IMG/VR virus record: IMGVR_UViG_2914436621_000001
Span: 1 to 64,000 of that record
DNA from: a virus
Lineage: Duplodnaviria > Caudoviricetes
Reading direction: 5' to 3' (one strand)
Length of the DNA: 64,000 nucleotides
A program made the position numbers and the translations under genes. The number at the start of each line of letters is the position of its first letter. Positions within the stretch are counted from its first letter, which is position 1. Below the pieces are notes generated by a model, which did no database searches, was not told the origin of the DNA, and was given only the letters and a program-made list of their open reading frames with translations. This document shows positions 30,470 to 39,744 of the stretch, one piece after another.

Positions 30470-31813
30470 TTAGCGTTTCTTAGATGTGAACGATGACGAG
30501 TAAGCAATTTTGCTGCTCAACATTACCGGCTCTAAAGCGTAGCGAGCCGCATCCCAGCAATGATTGAACTTATCCACAACAATCGGGAGAATCTCACCAC
30601 TGAGGCGATCGACCTTATAACAGTAGAGCCGTGCTTCCTCAATCGTGTGCTTGCAGCGAGGGTGAATCACGATCTGGTCGTACGATCGCAGATGAGCAAT
30701 GCCATCCTCAACAGAGCCAGCGCCCTTGGTTGCGGCGACTAGTTTCGGGATAGGCGGAATGCCGTTCTCACCTGGCCTGCCTCGCTTGACGTGACTGATC
30801 GATTCAGGGCGAGAATTGTCGGCTCGCACTGAATACTGGTCAATTTCAGGAACGTCCTCAAGCCAGCGCTTAGCTGTATCATCCAGCTCGAGATGATAAG
30901 CGTAGGATTCGTACTCCACATAAAGTTTACGGTTGTGAACCCAGCAACGAACTGCTGTTGTTGGATCTGAGCCAAATCCCCAGTCTGCTCCGTGATACGG
31001 GCCATCCCAGCGATCGCTCGCAACAAATTCCTCAATGACCCACTTACCGTTGAGAATCTGCGCGTCTGATTTCTCCCAGAACCCGCCTTCCCAAATATGG
31101 TTGTAGGCTGCCGGGTCAGTTGCGGCTAGCGATCGCCGCTCGTCATCCAGAACTGAAGGGAAATGCGGGTTATCGTTCCAGTTGACCTGGCGAACATAGA
31201 CGTTCGATCGCTCCTTCGCAACCAGCTCCGTCCACACCGTGTCGGTGGGGTTAAGTGGGTTGAACGTGACCCAAATCTCGCTACCCTCTTCCCGAATTGT
31301 CGGGATGAGTACCTGCCACGATTCAGCGCTGATGGTTTGCGCCTCTTCTAGCCACAAGTGTGTCAACCCAGCCATCGACTTGATGGATTGAACGTTGTGG
31401 CGAACGCCCTTGAAGATAAACTGCGAGCCGTTTGCGCCGAGAATTGTGTCGCGCTGCGCTTCGTAGAAATCGTCTAGTCCTAAGGCATTGATGCGCTCGG
31501 AGAGTAGCGCGTGAACTGATTCCTTGATCGATACTTGAAATTCACGAGCGCAGAGCACTCGAATCTTGCGCTTTAGCCCTTCAATCAGCAATGCATCGGC
31601 GGCAGCGTAGCTCTTGCCCGATCCACGCCCACCCCATAGGCACTTGTAGCGTCGGGGGATAAACAGCGGCTGCGCCCAATCAGCCAGTTTGAGCGAAAGG
31701 GATTCTGCCAACTCGGTGCGATCGCCTGCCGTCTCATCCAAATCCAGGCCGATCGCCGCTGCTGCTTCTGCTGCAAACTCAGCTCGGCGCTTTTTTACGC
31801 TCGCTCCTGCCAT
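30470..31813 (-). CDS. terL: Terminase large subunit (PBSX family)
   Basis: GGRGSGKS Walker A, WLEEA Walker B, TFNP, GADWGF.DP and NHCWDAARYA nuclease motifs. Confidence 0.95.
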   Translation of the reverse strand: MAGASVKKRRAEFAAEAAAAIGLDLDETAGDRTELAESLSLKLADWAQPLFIPRRYKCLWGGRGSGKSYAAADALLIEGLKRKIRVLCAREFQVSIKESVHALLSERINALGLDDFYEAQRDTILGANGSQFIFKGVRHNVQSIKSMAGLTHLWLEEAQTISAESWQVLIPTIREEGSEIWVTFNPLNPTDTVWTELVAKERSNVYVRQVNWNDNPHFPSVLDDERRSLAATDPAAYNHIWEGGFWEKSDAQILNGKWVIEEFVASDRWDGPYHGADWGFGSDPTTAVRCWVHNRKLYVEYESYAYHLELDDTAKRWLEDVPEIDQYSVRADNSRPESISHVKRGRPGENGIPPIPKLVAATKGAGSVEDGIAHLRSYDQIVIHPRCKHTIEEARLYCYKVDRLSGEILPIVVDKFNHCWDAARYALEPVMLSSKIAYSSSFTSKKR

Positions 31814-32286
31814 TTTTCTTGCAGGGTGAGGATGAATTCTCTGGGGCTGATGTCTAGGGCGATCGCCATGTCTGCCAGGTCAGCCGCAGACTTCGGCATA
31901 ACTTTGCGCCGGTACTCCAACAGCCGCACCAGTGCGCCCGCGATGCTGCCGAGCGATCGCGCATCGGTTTCGCCACCGCTTAGAGTTGCGGATAGGTCGC
32001 TGATCGCCAGGTCGATAATTTCTAGTTCATCAATGTCACCGCCACCCCGCTGCCGTCGCGGAGCTGGCTCTTTTTTGGGGGATGAGTCCAGAATTCCGGA
32101 CTGCTTGGGTTTGGCATTGATGGAAATAACTTTTTGCTCTCGCCAGTTGCCATCGTCTGCCCAACGTTCGATCGTGCGGCGGCTGACCCCTAATCGCTGA
32201 GCGATTGAGGCGATCGTTTCTCCGGCTAAAAGTGCTTGTTTGGCTACCTGCTTGCGTGGATCGTCCTGCGACATTGGCTGCGACAC
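31795..32286 (-). CDS. terS: Terminase small subunit
   Basis: N-terminal HTH IAQRLGVSRRTIERW..W; overlaps terL. Confidence 0.75.
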   Translation of the reverse strand: MSQPMSQDDPRKQVAKQALLAGETIASIAQRLGVSRRTIERWADDGNWREQKVISINAKPKQSGILDSSPKKEPAPRRQRGGGDIDELEIIDLAISDLSATLSGGETDARSLGSIAGALVRLLEYRRKVMPKSAADLADMAIALDISPREFILTLQEKWQERA

Positions 32287-32435
32287 TGCGACATCGACAT
32301 CGCCAGAATTCCTACAGCGTCAATGGTTCAGCCAATGTCGTAGCTGTGAAAATGCGTCACGGGGGCGATCACTCCTAGCAAAACCCCAGCCGCGATGGAC
32401 TGGGGCATCATTTCCTTTAGCAATCAATCCGTCGG

Positions 32436-32666
32436 CTAGAGTCGCCAGGTCGTAGAGCCGAGACTGTCTTGTGTCTCGGCTCCCCACACTTCAAATCCGA
32501 GGTTGCGGAGTTGGAATGCGGCCTCCTCAAGGCTCAACGATCGTACAACACAAAACACGTAGAGCGCCGTATGGTGGCGGCAGGCGGCAACAGGCACTGC
32601 CCAGCCCACCTGAAAAATGCTGTGATCGGGATTCTTGAGAATGAGCCGAAGAGTAGTAGGCACCAT
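32436..32666 (-). CDS. Hypothetical protein
   Basis: 76-aa ORF abutting recombinase stop. Confidence 0.45.
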   Translation of the reverse strand: MVPTTLRLILKNPDHSIFQVGWAVPVAACRHHTALYVFCVVRSLSLEEAAFQLRNLGFEVWGAETQDSLGSTTWRL

Positions 32667-32667
32667 G

Positions 32668-33717
32668 TCAATCGATCAAATCTGATAGCAGCCCTGTCAC
32701 GCCTGCCTGAACCCCGGCACGGTTATCGTCATAAATCATGACGGTCTCGATTTTGGAGTGGCGGCTTAACTTTTGTACGCGCCGCACGTCCCCTCCGGTT
32801 GCATCCAATGCTGCGGTAATGGCGCTGTGGCGACATCGATGGGGAGACATGACCTTATTAATGCCAGCCGCCTCAGCCGTCTCTCGCACTAATTTATAGA
32901 TGGCGTTGCCGCTGAGTCGGTGCCCGTAGGAGACGCGATCGAGCGCAATAAATAGAGGATCGGTCGCCAATCCAGTGCCCTGTGCCAGCATCCAGGCGGC
33001 GATCGCCTCCGTTGACTTGCTTGATAGATCAATGGTTTGCGCCTGCGTGCCTCGCCCCTTGCCCAAAACCTTGAGCTTGCGGGCATCTGGGTCGAAGTCG
33101 CCGCGATCGCACTTCGACACCTCGCCCCGCCGCAGCGCATTGTCCCAGAGCAGCCGGAGGATGGCGTAGTCGCGCTTTCCTTTGAGAGTGGCGCGATCGG
33201 GCACGGCCAACAGTTTGCGATATTGCGCCTGGTCTACGCCGCTGGTGTCTCGATAGACCTGAACTTTCTCGCCTTGAACCTCCTCCAGGCTCCATTCACA
33301 CTTGCCGATTTTTTGGGCGAATTGAACCAGCGATCGAATTGCCGCCAGCCGTCGGTTGACCGTGGCCTCCTTCAACCCTCGCTGAATCAGATGCGATTTG
33401 TAATTGAGAACCAGGCCGATTGCCGTGAATCTCTCCAGCCGGAGGAATTCGCTGACCAGTTGGGGTGTGGGGTCGCGATCGCTGATGACGTGGAAGAAAT
33501 CGTTCAGGTCGCGTCGATAGGCTCGTTTGGTTTCCAGGCTGCGCTTGTCCTCTAGCAGCTCGGCAAGGATATCGCGCTCTTGAACTTTAAAGAAGCTGGA
33601 AGATGGAGCCTGGAAAGAGAGGGACGAAAGAGATTCAGCCACACTGCACTTCCTCGTGTATCTGGGAAAGACGCTGGATTGAAGCTGCGTGGAATTTAGG
33701 ATCTCGCTCCACTGCAA
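32668..33717 (-). CDS. Tyrosine recombinase (XerC/D-like resolvase type)
   Basis: LRRGEV (R), GKG (K), HRCRH (HxxR), SRH...Y catalytic set; SAM-like N-terminal domain. Confidence 0.92.
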   Translation of the reverse strand: MQWSEILNSTQLQSSVFPRYTRKCSVAESLSSLSFQAPSSSFFKVQERDILAELLEDKRSLETKRAYRRDLNDFFHVISDRDPTPQLVSEFLRLERFTAIGLVLNYKSHLIQRGLKEATVNRRLAAIRSLVQFAQKIGKCEWSLEEVQGEKVQVYRDTSGVDQAQYRKLLAVPDRATLKGKRDYAILRLLWDNALRRGEVSKCDRGDFDPDARKLKVLGKGRGTQAQTIDLSSKSTEAIAAWMLAQGTGLATDPLFIALDRVSYGHRLSGNAIYKLVRETAEAAGINKVMSPHRCRHSAITAALDATGGDVRRVQKLSRHSKIETVMIYDDNRAGVQAGVTGLLSDLID

Positions 33718-34423
33718 TGAAGTTGCGCCCAGTCGTTAAGCAGGCCGCAGCGGTAGAGCCAGACCCGCTGAATGGATCAAGGACGACTCCTCCGAGATCC
33801 GTGTAACTCAGCACCAGCCACTTCATCAGCTCTAATGGTTTTTGAGTAGGGTGGTAGGCTGCCTCCCCATTACGAAAGCCGCCAGAAACGTTATTGAACT
33901 TCAATACATCTCGTGGGTAGCGATCACCCGTGTTGTCTGTCTTCCTGCCAGCATGTCTACCATAGTGCTGGCAGACATGCTCGGAACTCTTTGCCTTATA
34001 AGGTTTTCCGGGGGTTTTCTGCGGGTTGTAAGTGCAGCGGGAGTCTGCATCCTTACCTCGGAAGCGGTGGCAGAAAACCAAAATCAACTCATGGCAGCGC
34101 AAGGGACGAATGTTGGCATCTAGAAACCCTAGAGCCATCGGTTTCTCCCAAACCAACTCATAGCGAAATTGTTTTCGGTTGCTAACAATTAACTCTGTCG
34201 CGAACGGCTGTTGAGCGAACAAGGCTTTGATGGCCTTTGGCTTACAAATCCGTTCTGCCTCACTCCAAAACAACTGCCAGTCAACCTTGGTATCCCAGGT
34301 GAAGTTGGTCGTGTTGTACGGCGGATCGCTAATTAATGCATCAATACATCCATCGGGCAGCGACCTCATTACCTCGATCGCTTCTCCTAACACCACTTGA
34401 TTCATCGGTAATGCGGAACTCAT
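33635..34423 (-). CDS. DNA N6/N4 methyltransferase (beta class)
   Basis: DPPY before HPTQKP and DPFSGSGST. Confidence 0.93.
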   Translation of the reverse strand: MSSALPMNQVVLGEAIEVMRSLPDGCIDALISDPPYNTTNFTWDTKVDWQLFWSEAERICKPKAIKALFAQQPFATELIVSNRKQFRYELVWEKPMALGFLDANIRPLRCHELILVFCHRFRGKDADSRCTYNPQKTPGKPYKAKSSEHVCQHYGRHAGRKTDNTGDRYPRDVLKFNNVSGGFRNGEAAYHPTQKPLELMKWLVLSYTDLGGVVLDPFSGSGSTAAACLTTGRNFIAVERDPKFHAASIQRLSQIHEEVQCG

Positions 34424-34658
34424 AATTCAAAACTCAGAACTCGTCGCCGCAGGGTTCCTACTGCAAGGGTGTGGTAATGGACATTTACGCACCCTTGTCT
34501 GAGTATTTTTTCTCTAGACAAGGTAGCCAACTTTACAAAAACATTACGTAATTGCTAAGGCTTTGTAAATTACACGCCAACTCAGCAAAACCACAGAGCG
34601 AGAGTCTTTGTGGCAGCGGGTATGACTGAGATATGAGAGTGCAGGAGAAGCCCCCCCT

Positions 34659-35483
34659 TTGCCTCGATCGCTACAAACTTGGGCAAGGATGACAGCAATG
34701 GAACGGACACGCATGGCAACTGAGCAGGTTTGGTCTCGATATCGCAAAGTTGCAACCAGACGGGCGGAATTAACCACTCTGCGAAATAACATCGCGACGG
34801 CAAATGACAAGCTGGCGCTCAAAATCGCACACCGGATGGCCGCTCAGAGTGCGGAGCCGATTGACGATCTCATTCAACTGGCGAGAATTGGTCTGTTGAA
34901 GGCGGTTGAGAAATTCGATCCGACCAAGGGCGTGGCATTCAGCAGCTTTGCGGTGCCTTATATCCAGGGCGAGATCCTCCACTTCCAACGCGACCACTGG
35001 AGCCACGTCAAGGTACCGCGCCGCAGCCGCGAATTTTTTGCCAGGGTTAAGGCCACGCAGCGCAAGCTGGCTGCCAAAGGTCAAACGGTGGATGCTGAGA
35101 AAATTGCAATTTCTTTGTTGCTCAACGGGCGATATGCCACGCAGGAGGCGATCGCCGCTGCACGGGGGAAATGGCAACAGATTCAGGAAGAATGCGAGCG
35201 CAAGCCACTGCTGACGCTAGATGAGGTTCTGCATCATTCCGGTGCGGATGAGTTGGAGGATGAGTCAGAGGATGAGGCACTACGCAAAGAAGTGCGCCAA
35301 AACCTGGCTAAACTGCCCGATCGTCTGCGTCGCTGTATTGTGGAGCGCTATTTCGATGACCTCAGCGAAGAGCAAATCGCCAAACAGCAGAATGTGACGG
35401 TGGACGTGGTGCAGAGCTGGCTGAATGAAGGGTTGCAACGCCTGCGGATCGGGCATGATGGAGATCAGCAGCGCTTGGGTTAA
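34659..35483 (+). CDS. RNA polymerase sigma factor, SigB/F/G type
   Basis: DDLIQLARIGLLKAVEKFDP..G..FSSFAVPYIQGEILH..RD region 2; region 4 HTH. Confidence 0.92.
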   Translation: MPRSLQTWARMTAMERTRMATEQVWSRYRKVATRRAELTTLRNNIATANDKLALKIAHRMAAQSAEPIDDLIQLARIGLLKAVEKFDPTKGVAFSSFAVPYIQGEILHFQRDHWSHVKVPRRSREFFARVKATQRKLAAKGQTVDAEKIAISLLLNGRYATQEAIAAARGKWQQIQEECERKPLLTLDEVLHHSGADELEDESEDEALRKEVRQNLAKLPDRLRRCIVERYFDDLSEEQIAKQQNVTVDVVQSWLNEGLQRLRIGHDGDQQRLG

Positions 35484-35486
35484 AAA

Positions 35487-36260
35487 ATGGCGACAGCAGT
35501 AGAAGTGTTGTATGACTTCGACTACAACCAGCTCGATGTAGAGCAGCGGGTTGTTGTGCAGCAGCGGACGAGCGAGATTAAGTCTCTGCTACGACACAGG
35601 GCACAAAATGCTGTTGAGATTGGACAGAAGTTGTTGGAAACCAAAGAAATTCTTGGTTATGGACATTACCGAGCCTGGATAGAATCTGAATTTGCCTTAG
35701 GCAAAACGATCGCCAATCATTTCGAGAATGTCGCCAAACAGTTTGCCAACGTCCCTAATGTGGACAGTTTCGACTCTAGTGCGCTCCGAGTGTTGGCAGC
35801 TCCGTCTGTTCCTGAGGAGATTAGACAAGAGGCGATCGCCCTGGCCGCTGCGGGGGAGTATGTCTCCCATGCCAAAGCCAAAGAGTTGACTGGCAAGGCC
35901 AAACCTGAAGCAAAGGAACTGTTTCAGCCCGGTCAGGCCGTTCAGGTAACGGATTTCGCGGCCAGCCACCAGGGAGAAACGGTAGAGGTATTAGAGGTCA
36001 GCCGAGACCTGATTGAATGCAAAACGCCAGACGGGGAAACGGTTTCGTTCTTTCGCTCTGATCTGGACACTGGCGAGGCAGCTCCATCCGCAAAGCCAGC
36101 ACCCAAACCGAAAGCTTCTAAGCCGCATCCGATCGCCACACTGGATGCCAAGTTAGACCTCGCCAGCACCCGACTGGAGTTGATGGCTGATTTGTTGCGG
36201 CGATCGCTCATCTATCTGCCACCCGAACTGAAGGCGGAGGCTGAAGAGCTTTTAAACTAA
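35487..36260 (+). CDS. DUF3102-like protein with C-terminal KOW/SH3-like region
   Basis: EIGQKLLETKEILGYGHYRAWIESEF. Confidence 0.8.
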   Translation: MATAVEVLYDFDYNQLDVEQRVVVQQRTSEIKSLLRHRAQNAVEIGQKLLETKEILGYGHYRAWIESEFALGKTIANHFENVAKQFANVPNVDSFDSSALRVLAAPSVPEEIRQEAIALAAAGEYVSHAKAKELTGKAKPEAKELFQPGQAVQVTDFAASHQGETVEVLEVSRDLIECKTPDGETVSFFRSDLDTGEAAPSAKPAPKPKASKPHPIATLDAKLDLASTRLELMADLLRRSLIYLPPELKAEAEELLN

Positions 36261-36584
36261 GGTCGTGCGCTTAATTTCTTGACCCATCTCCTCTAGAGCA
36301 TTTGCCCAAGGCAATAGTGCTACTGCCTCGGTTGTGGCAGGAATGTGAGCAAACATCCATCTCCACAAACCGGCCTTAAGTGATTCGTCTTCTGCCGGGG
36401 GCGCTTCAATTTCAATCTGGTGTGCGGCACAGTAGCGGATTGCAGTTGCAGTTCTAATCAACAGCTCAACTACTTCTACTGCCTTGTGATCGTGCAAACA
36501 AATCCCAACCCTGTCGGCTAGCCAGTAGCGCAATTTGCTCTTGATGGAGCCGACAAGTGCCAAATCGATGTGCTGTACTTCCAT
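36252..36584 (-). CDS. Hypothetical protein
   Basis: 110-aa ORF. Confidence 0.55.
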   Translation of the reverse strand: MEVQHIDLALVGSIKSKLRYWLADRVGICLHDHKAVEVVELLIRTATAIRYCAAHQIEIEAPPAEDESLKAGLWRWMFAHIPATTEAVALLPWANALEEMGQEIKRTTLV

Positions 36585-36674
36585 AATTCATGAGCGCTAT
36601 ACGATCGCGCCTCTCCTAAATCAGGATGCCCTTGCCGTAGGGAACGCTGGAGTTGCAGATTTACTCTCCCCTCC

Positions 36675-36848
36675 ATGCTCACCCGGCTACAAAAGCTTGA
36701 TCCAGATGCCATTACGACAATGGCTGGCATTGCAGGCGCGATAACGACTTATCTTGCCGCCCAACAGGTCTTAGACAGCCATACAGCTCAACTGATCAGC
36801 GCCGTGCTATTGCTGATCAACGGCTACTACACCAACCGCAGAGGGTAA
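36675..36848 (+). CDS. Small holin-like membrane protein (not in ORF track)
   Basis: MLTRLQKLDPDAITTMAGIAGAITTYLAAQQVLDSHTAQLISAVLLLINGYYTNRRG*; two hydrophobic segments, basic C-terminus, GTAGGGAAC motif upstream. Confidence 0.6.
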   Translation: MLTRLQKLDPDAITTMAGIAGAITTYLAAQQVLDSHTAQLISAVLLLINGYYTNRRG

Positions 36849-36852
36849 GCGA

Positions 36853-37236
36853 GTGCCCTACAGACGCGCCTTACTCAGCCGTTATTTACGCAGCGAAATC
36901 TGGTTGGTGATCCTTTTCCTAGCGTTTGATTTCATAGCCTTTCCAACCCAAGTTGCTCAACGGCTGAATTTAGGCTGGGCATCTGTCGGTACATGGACTG
37001 TTTGGTTGACCGTAACGGCAGCGATTGGGCTGGTTGCCATCCACCGGAAAAGTGGGCGGCTGTGGCGGCTGTTCTGCGCCACTTCAATCTTTTTACTGCT
37101 GACCCTGGCAACGATTTGCCTTCTAGCCAAGGGATACACCGGGTTCACAACCTACGGCACGCTGGCCTACAGTGCCTTGCTGCGGCTGCTTGAGATTCCC
37201 TCATTCACCCTGTTTGGCACCAGACGGGAGGAATGA
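36853..37236 (+). CDS. Multi-pass membrane protein
   Basis: 3-4 hydrophobic segments. Confidence 0.6.
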   Translation: MPYRRALLSRYLRSEIWLVILFLAFDFIAFPTQVAQRLNLGWASVGTWTVWLTVTAAIGLVAIHRKSGRLWRLFCATSIFLLLTLATICLLAKGYTGFTTYGTLAYSALLRLLEIPSFTLFGTRREE

Positions 37237-37586
37237 TGGACCCACAAATTTATCCGTATCTGGCTGGACTGGTTGGCGCGATCGCTGGCTCATGCATTTC
37301 TCTAATTAAGGAGCGGCGATCGGGCAAAACGCTGGATTTGGAATATGTGCGCGGTTTGATTGATGAACAGATTGAAGACCTGCGGACGGAGCGCGATAAG
37401 AGCAGGTCAGAGATGGTCAAACTGCGCGAGCGGATTGCTGTAATGGAATCCCATCTGCGAGCGATGGAGCAAAGAAAGAATTTAGAAATTGCCCAATTGC
37501 GTGAGGAAAACCAGGGACTGAGGCGGCTGAATGCCAAGCTGGCGGCTGAAAATGTGCAGTTCAAGGCTCGTCTTGGTGTAACCTGA
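37233..37586 (+). CDS. N-terminal TM plus coiled-coil protein (lysis-cassette-like)
   Basis: TM YLAGLVGAIAGSCISLI followed by heptad repeats. Confidence 0.65.
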   Translation: MMDPQIYPYLAGLVGAIAGSCISLIKERRSGKTLDLEYVRGLIDEQIEDLRTERDKSRSEMVKLRERIAVMESHLRAMEQRKNLEIAQLREENQGLRRLNAKLAAENVQFKARLGVT

Positions 37587-37640
37587 CCACTAAAAAACCC
37601 CGTCAATGGCGGGGTGTTCAGGGTGCATTTACTAGCCCTA

Positions 37641-38069
37641 TTATGTGCTCTGAGTCTTCCGTTGCTTCAGTTGGCGCAATAGTGCCACGGCTTTATCTGG
37701 TAGTGGATCAGCTTCAATTTTCACTTCCTTAAAGGTAACGAGCCGCTCGTAAATTGTTTCATCCCCGTCCTTTCCGGTGGCGCGACTGTACCAAATGGCA
37801 ACTCCAAACTTATTAACAGGGCAACGGCGAGTGTAAATTTTGCCGCCATGCCTGACTGCGATCGCGCCATGCTTGTCTTTGGCAATGATTTCGGCATTGA
37901 TTGAGTTCCAGGCAAACCCAGGATAGTCGGCTAAGTCTCTTACGATATCTGGTGCGGGTTGGGGCTGCGCTTCAAGTACGGTGGCAATCCGTTCGAGCTG
38001 AATGCAAATTTGGGCAAGGATGTCTGGGGTATCCATTGGGGTGGGGCACTCCTGATTGCCGTGGGTCAA
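37641..38069 (-). CDS. DdrB-like single-stranded DNA-binding protein
   Basis: FAWNSINA..VRHGGKIYTRR..AIWYSR..YERLVTFK parallels Deinococcus DdrB FDWSLIGA..HRGHAYRRR..AIKYSR..Y.SL..FR (from recall). Confidence 0.65.
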   Translation of the reverse strand: MTHGNQECPTPMDTPDILAQICIQLERIATVLEAQPQPAPDIVRDLADYPGFAWNSINAEIIAKDKHGAIAVRHGGKIYTRRCPVNKFGVAIWYSRATGKDGDETIYERLVTFKEVKIEADPLPDKAVALLRQLKQRKTQST

Positions 38070-38128
38070 TGGTTTCTTTTAAAGCAATCGCCCCCTGCTG
38101 GTGACAAGAGGGCGATCGCCATCAAACG

Positions 38129-38389
38129 CTAGCTAGATTGTTTTGGTTGACAGGTTCCAGTCTCCTGATCCCATTGCCCTCCTAAACTTGTGCAAGTGTA
38201 GGTCGCAATTTGTGGAGCGGGTTCTGCGAGGGCAGGTTCAAACTGACACCGACCAGAGGTCTTGCGACAGCCTTCTGGCTGGGCAGGTTCACCCTGCTCA
38301 TCGCCACGTTGATTGATTTGGCCATCGTTGACGAGGGGAGGAGTGGATTGAACGAATAGACCGATTGAGATTGAAAGTTCAAGTAGCAT
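38129..38389 (-). CDS. Small secreted Cys-containing protein
   Basis: Hydrophobic N-terminus, CTSLGGQWDQETGTC. Confidence 0.45.
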   Translation of the reverse strand: MLLELSISIGLFVQSTPPLVNDGQINQRGDEQGEPAQPEGCRKTSGRCQFEPALAEPAPQIATYTCTSLGGQWDQETGTCQPKQSS

Positions 38390-38494
38390 GGTATTGCCTG
38401 TTAGCAGAATAGGTATCCAGCCGCTGACCCGTGGAAAGAGAGGCGGCTGGGTTAACTGGGGCAACCTTGGAGAGGGGCTTCTTACAGGTGAAGA

Positions 38495-38845
38495 TTAGGC
38501 GCTGGCAGTACGCAACTCCATGATGGCGATCGCATGTCTCTGCTCTAACTTCGCGACAGAGAAGCGGTTGAGCAGAAGTTGCAATTCAATCTCCATCTCA
38601 GCATGTTTATCCTTGGCAGCTTGATAGACTTCAGCCACTTCCAAATATTCCGGAGACTCCAGCAATTCAGTTCGTTTCGCTTTGCGCTGAGCATCGTTTT
38701 TGAGGTCAGCATCAAAGGCGATCGCACTGTCAATCTTTGCAGTGAGCCGAGTTAGCTGCTCTTGCAATCGGCGCACAGTTCGTTCAGCCAGGAGTAGTTG
38801 GAATTGGGACTGAGCGATCGCTTCTGGATAGTTGGAAAGATTCAT
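38495..38845 (-). CDS. Coiled-coil hypothetical protein
   Basis: MNLSNYPEAIA...LKNDAQRKA... Confidence 0.65.
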   Translation of the reverse strand: MNLSNYPEAIAQSQFQLLLAERTVRRLQEQLTRLTAKIDSAIAFDADLKNDAQRKAKRTELLESPEYLEVAEVYQAAKDKHAEMEIELQLLLNRFSVAKLEQRHAIAIMELRTASA

Positions 38846-38850
38846 GTTGG

Positions 38851-39117
38851 TCACCATTTGAAATTGCAAATCCAGCAGAGGCGTGGGGTGTTCTTCTGGC
38901 GCTTGAGTTGACGCTCTAGAGAGCGATCGCCAATCCATTCGCGTGCAACGATGAAGCCGATATCACGTTCTTTTGCCACTTGGCACAACCGTGAACCGTG
39001 ACCTCGTTCGTGCTGTGTAATGCGGTTCTCGATGTTGTCGCTATAGCCGAGATAATGCTGTGCGGTGTGGCGATCGCTGATGGGTCGATCGAAGTGGAGG
39101 AGGTAGCAGCCTTGCAT
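38851..39117 (-). CDS. GIY-YIG nuclease family protein
   Basis: CYLLHF...HYLGYSDNIENRITQHERG...ERQLK. Confidence 0.8.
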   Translation of the reverse strand: MQGCYLLHFDRPISDRHTAQHYLGYSDNIENRITQHERGHGSRLCQVAKERDIGFIVAREWIGDRSLERQLKRQKNTPRLCWICNFKW

Positions 39118-39200
39118 CTACTACCTCCCTGACCCACGGTGGAAGCAGAGGGCAGCGGTGGAAGCTGCCCAGATGATTGGGTTCATCTGAGCAGTTCCTA

Positions 39201-39533
39201 CTAGCTAGCGATCGGAACCAGGTGAATCTTCATACCGTTTTGGCGAAGGTGCTCACTCTGCTGAGCGAATACCTCCTTCATGAATCCGAACTCAACTGCC
39301 ATGCTTTTGACGTTTGATTGAACCAGGGCAAACAGTTCGGTCAGTTCGGTAGGGTTGTCGCCGCGATCGTTCGCCTTCAACAACTCTTGAATGTGATCGG
39401 CCAGCATGGCTAGATCGTCAAGCACCAGGTCGTCAATTAATTCGGGTTCGGGGGCGATCGCTTCTGCTTGTGTCTCAAGCAATTGGTTTAATTCAGCTTG
39501 AGCGATCGTTTGGGTGTCGAGAGTGTATGTCAT
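39201..39533 (-). CDS. Hypothetical protein
   Basis: 110-aa acidic ORF after structured leader. Confidence 0.6.
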   Translation of the reverse strand: MTYTLDTQTIAQAELNQLLETQAEAIAPEPELIDDLVLDDLAMLADHIQELLKANDRGDNPTELTELFALVQSNVKSMAVEFGFMKEVFAQQSEHLRQNGMKIHLVPIAS

Positions 39534-39656
39534 ATTGGTTCTAGACCTTTAATTAAGGGTTCACTCAACCCGCTCCTTCTGCCGTTCCGCCAAGTTCGAT
39601 AGGAAGGAAGCGGGTTTTGGTTTGGCTGTTCTTCGCCTCACCTGAATTAAATATAA

Positions 39657-39692
39657 CTCCAATTATTTGGATATGTCAATATTGATTGGATA
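39657..39692. promoter_or_regulatory. Candidate operators between divergent genes
   Basis: TCCAATTATTTGGA imperfect palindrome followed by TCAATATTGATTGGA. Confidence 0.4.
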
Positions 39693-39744
39693 TTTGTGCT
39701 TTACTTGGAGTGCAAGCATTTTGTGATGTTCCAAGGAGGGATAT

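Noticed and set aside
33635-34423. Restriction-modification system
   Set aside because: No adjacent restriction endonuclease; it looks like an orphan phage methyltransferase
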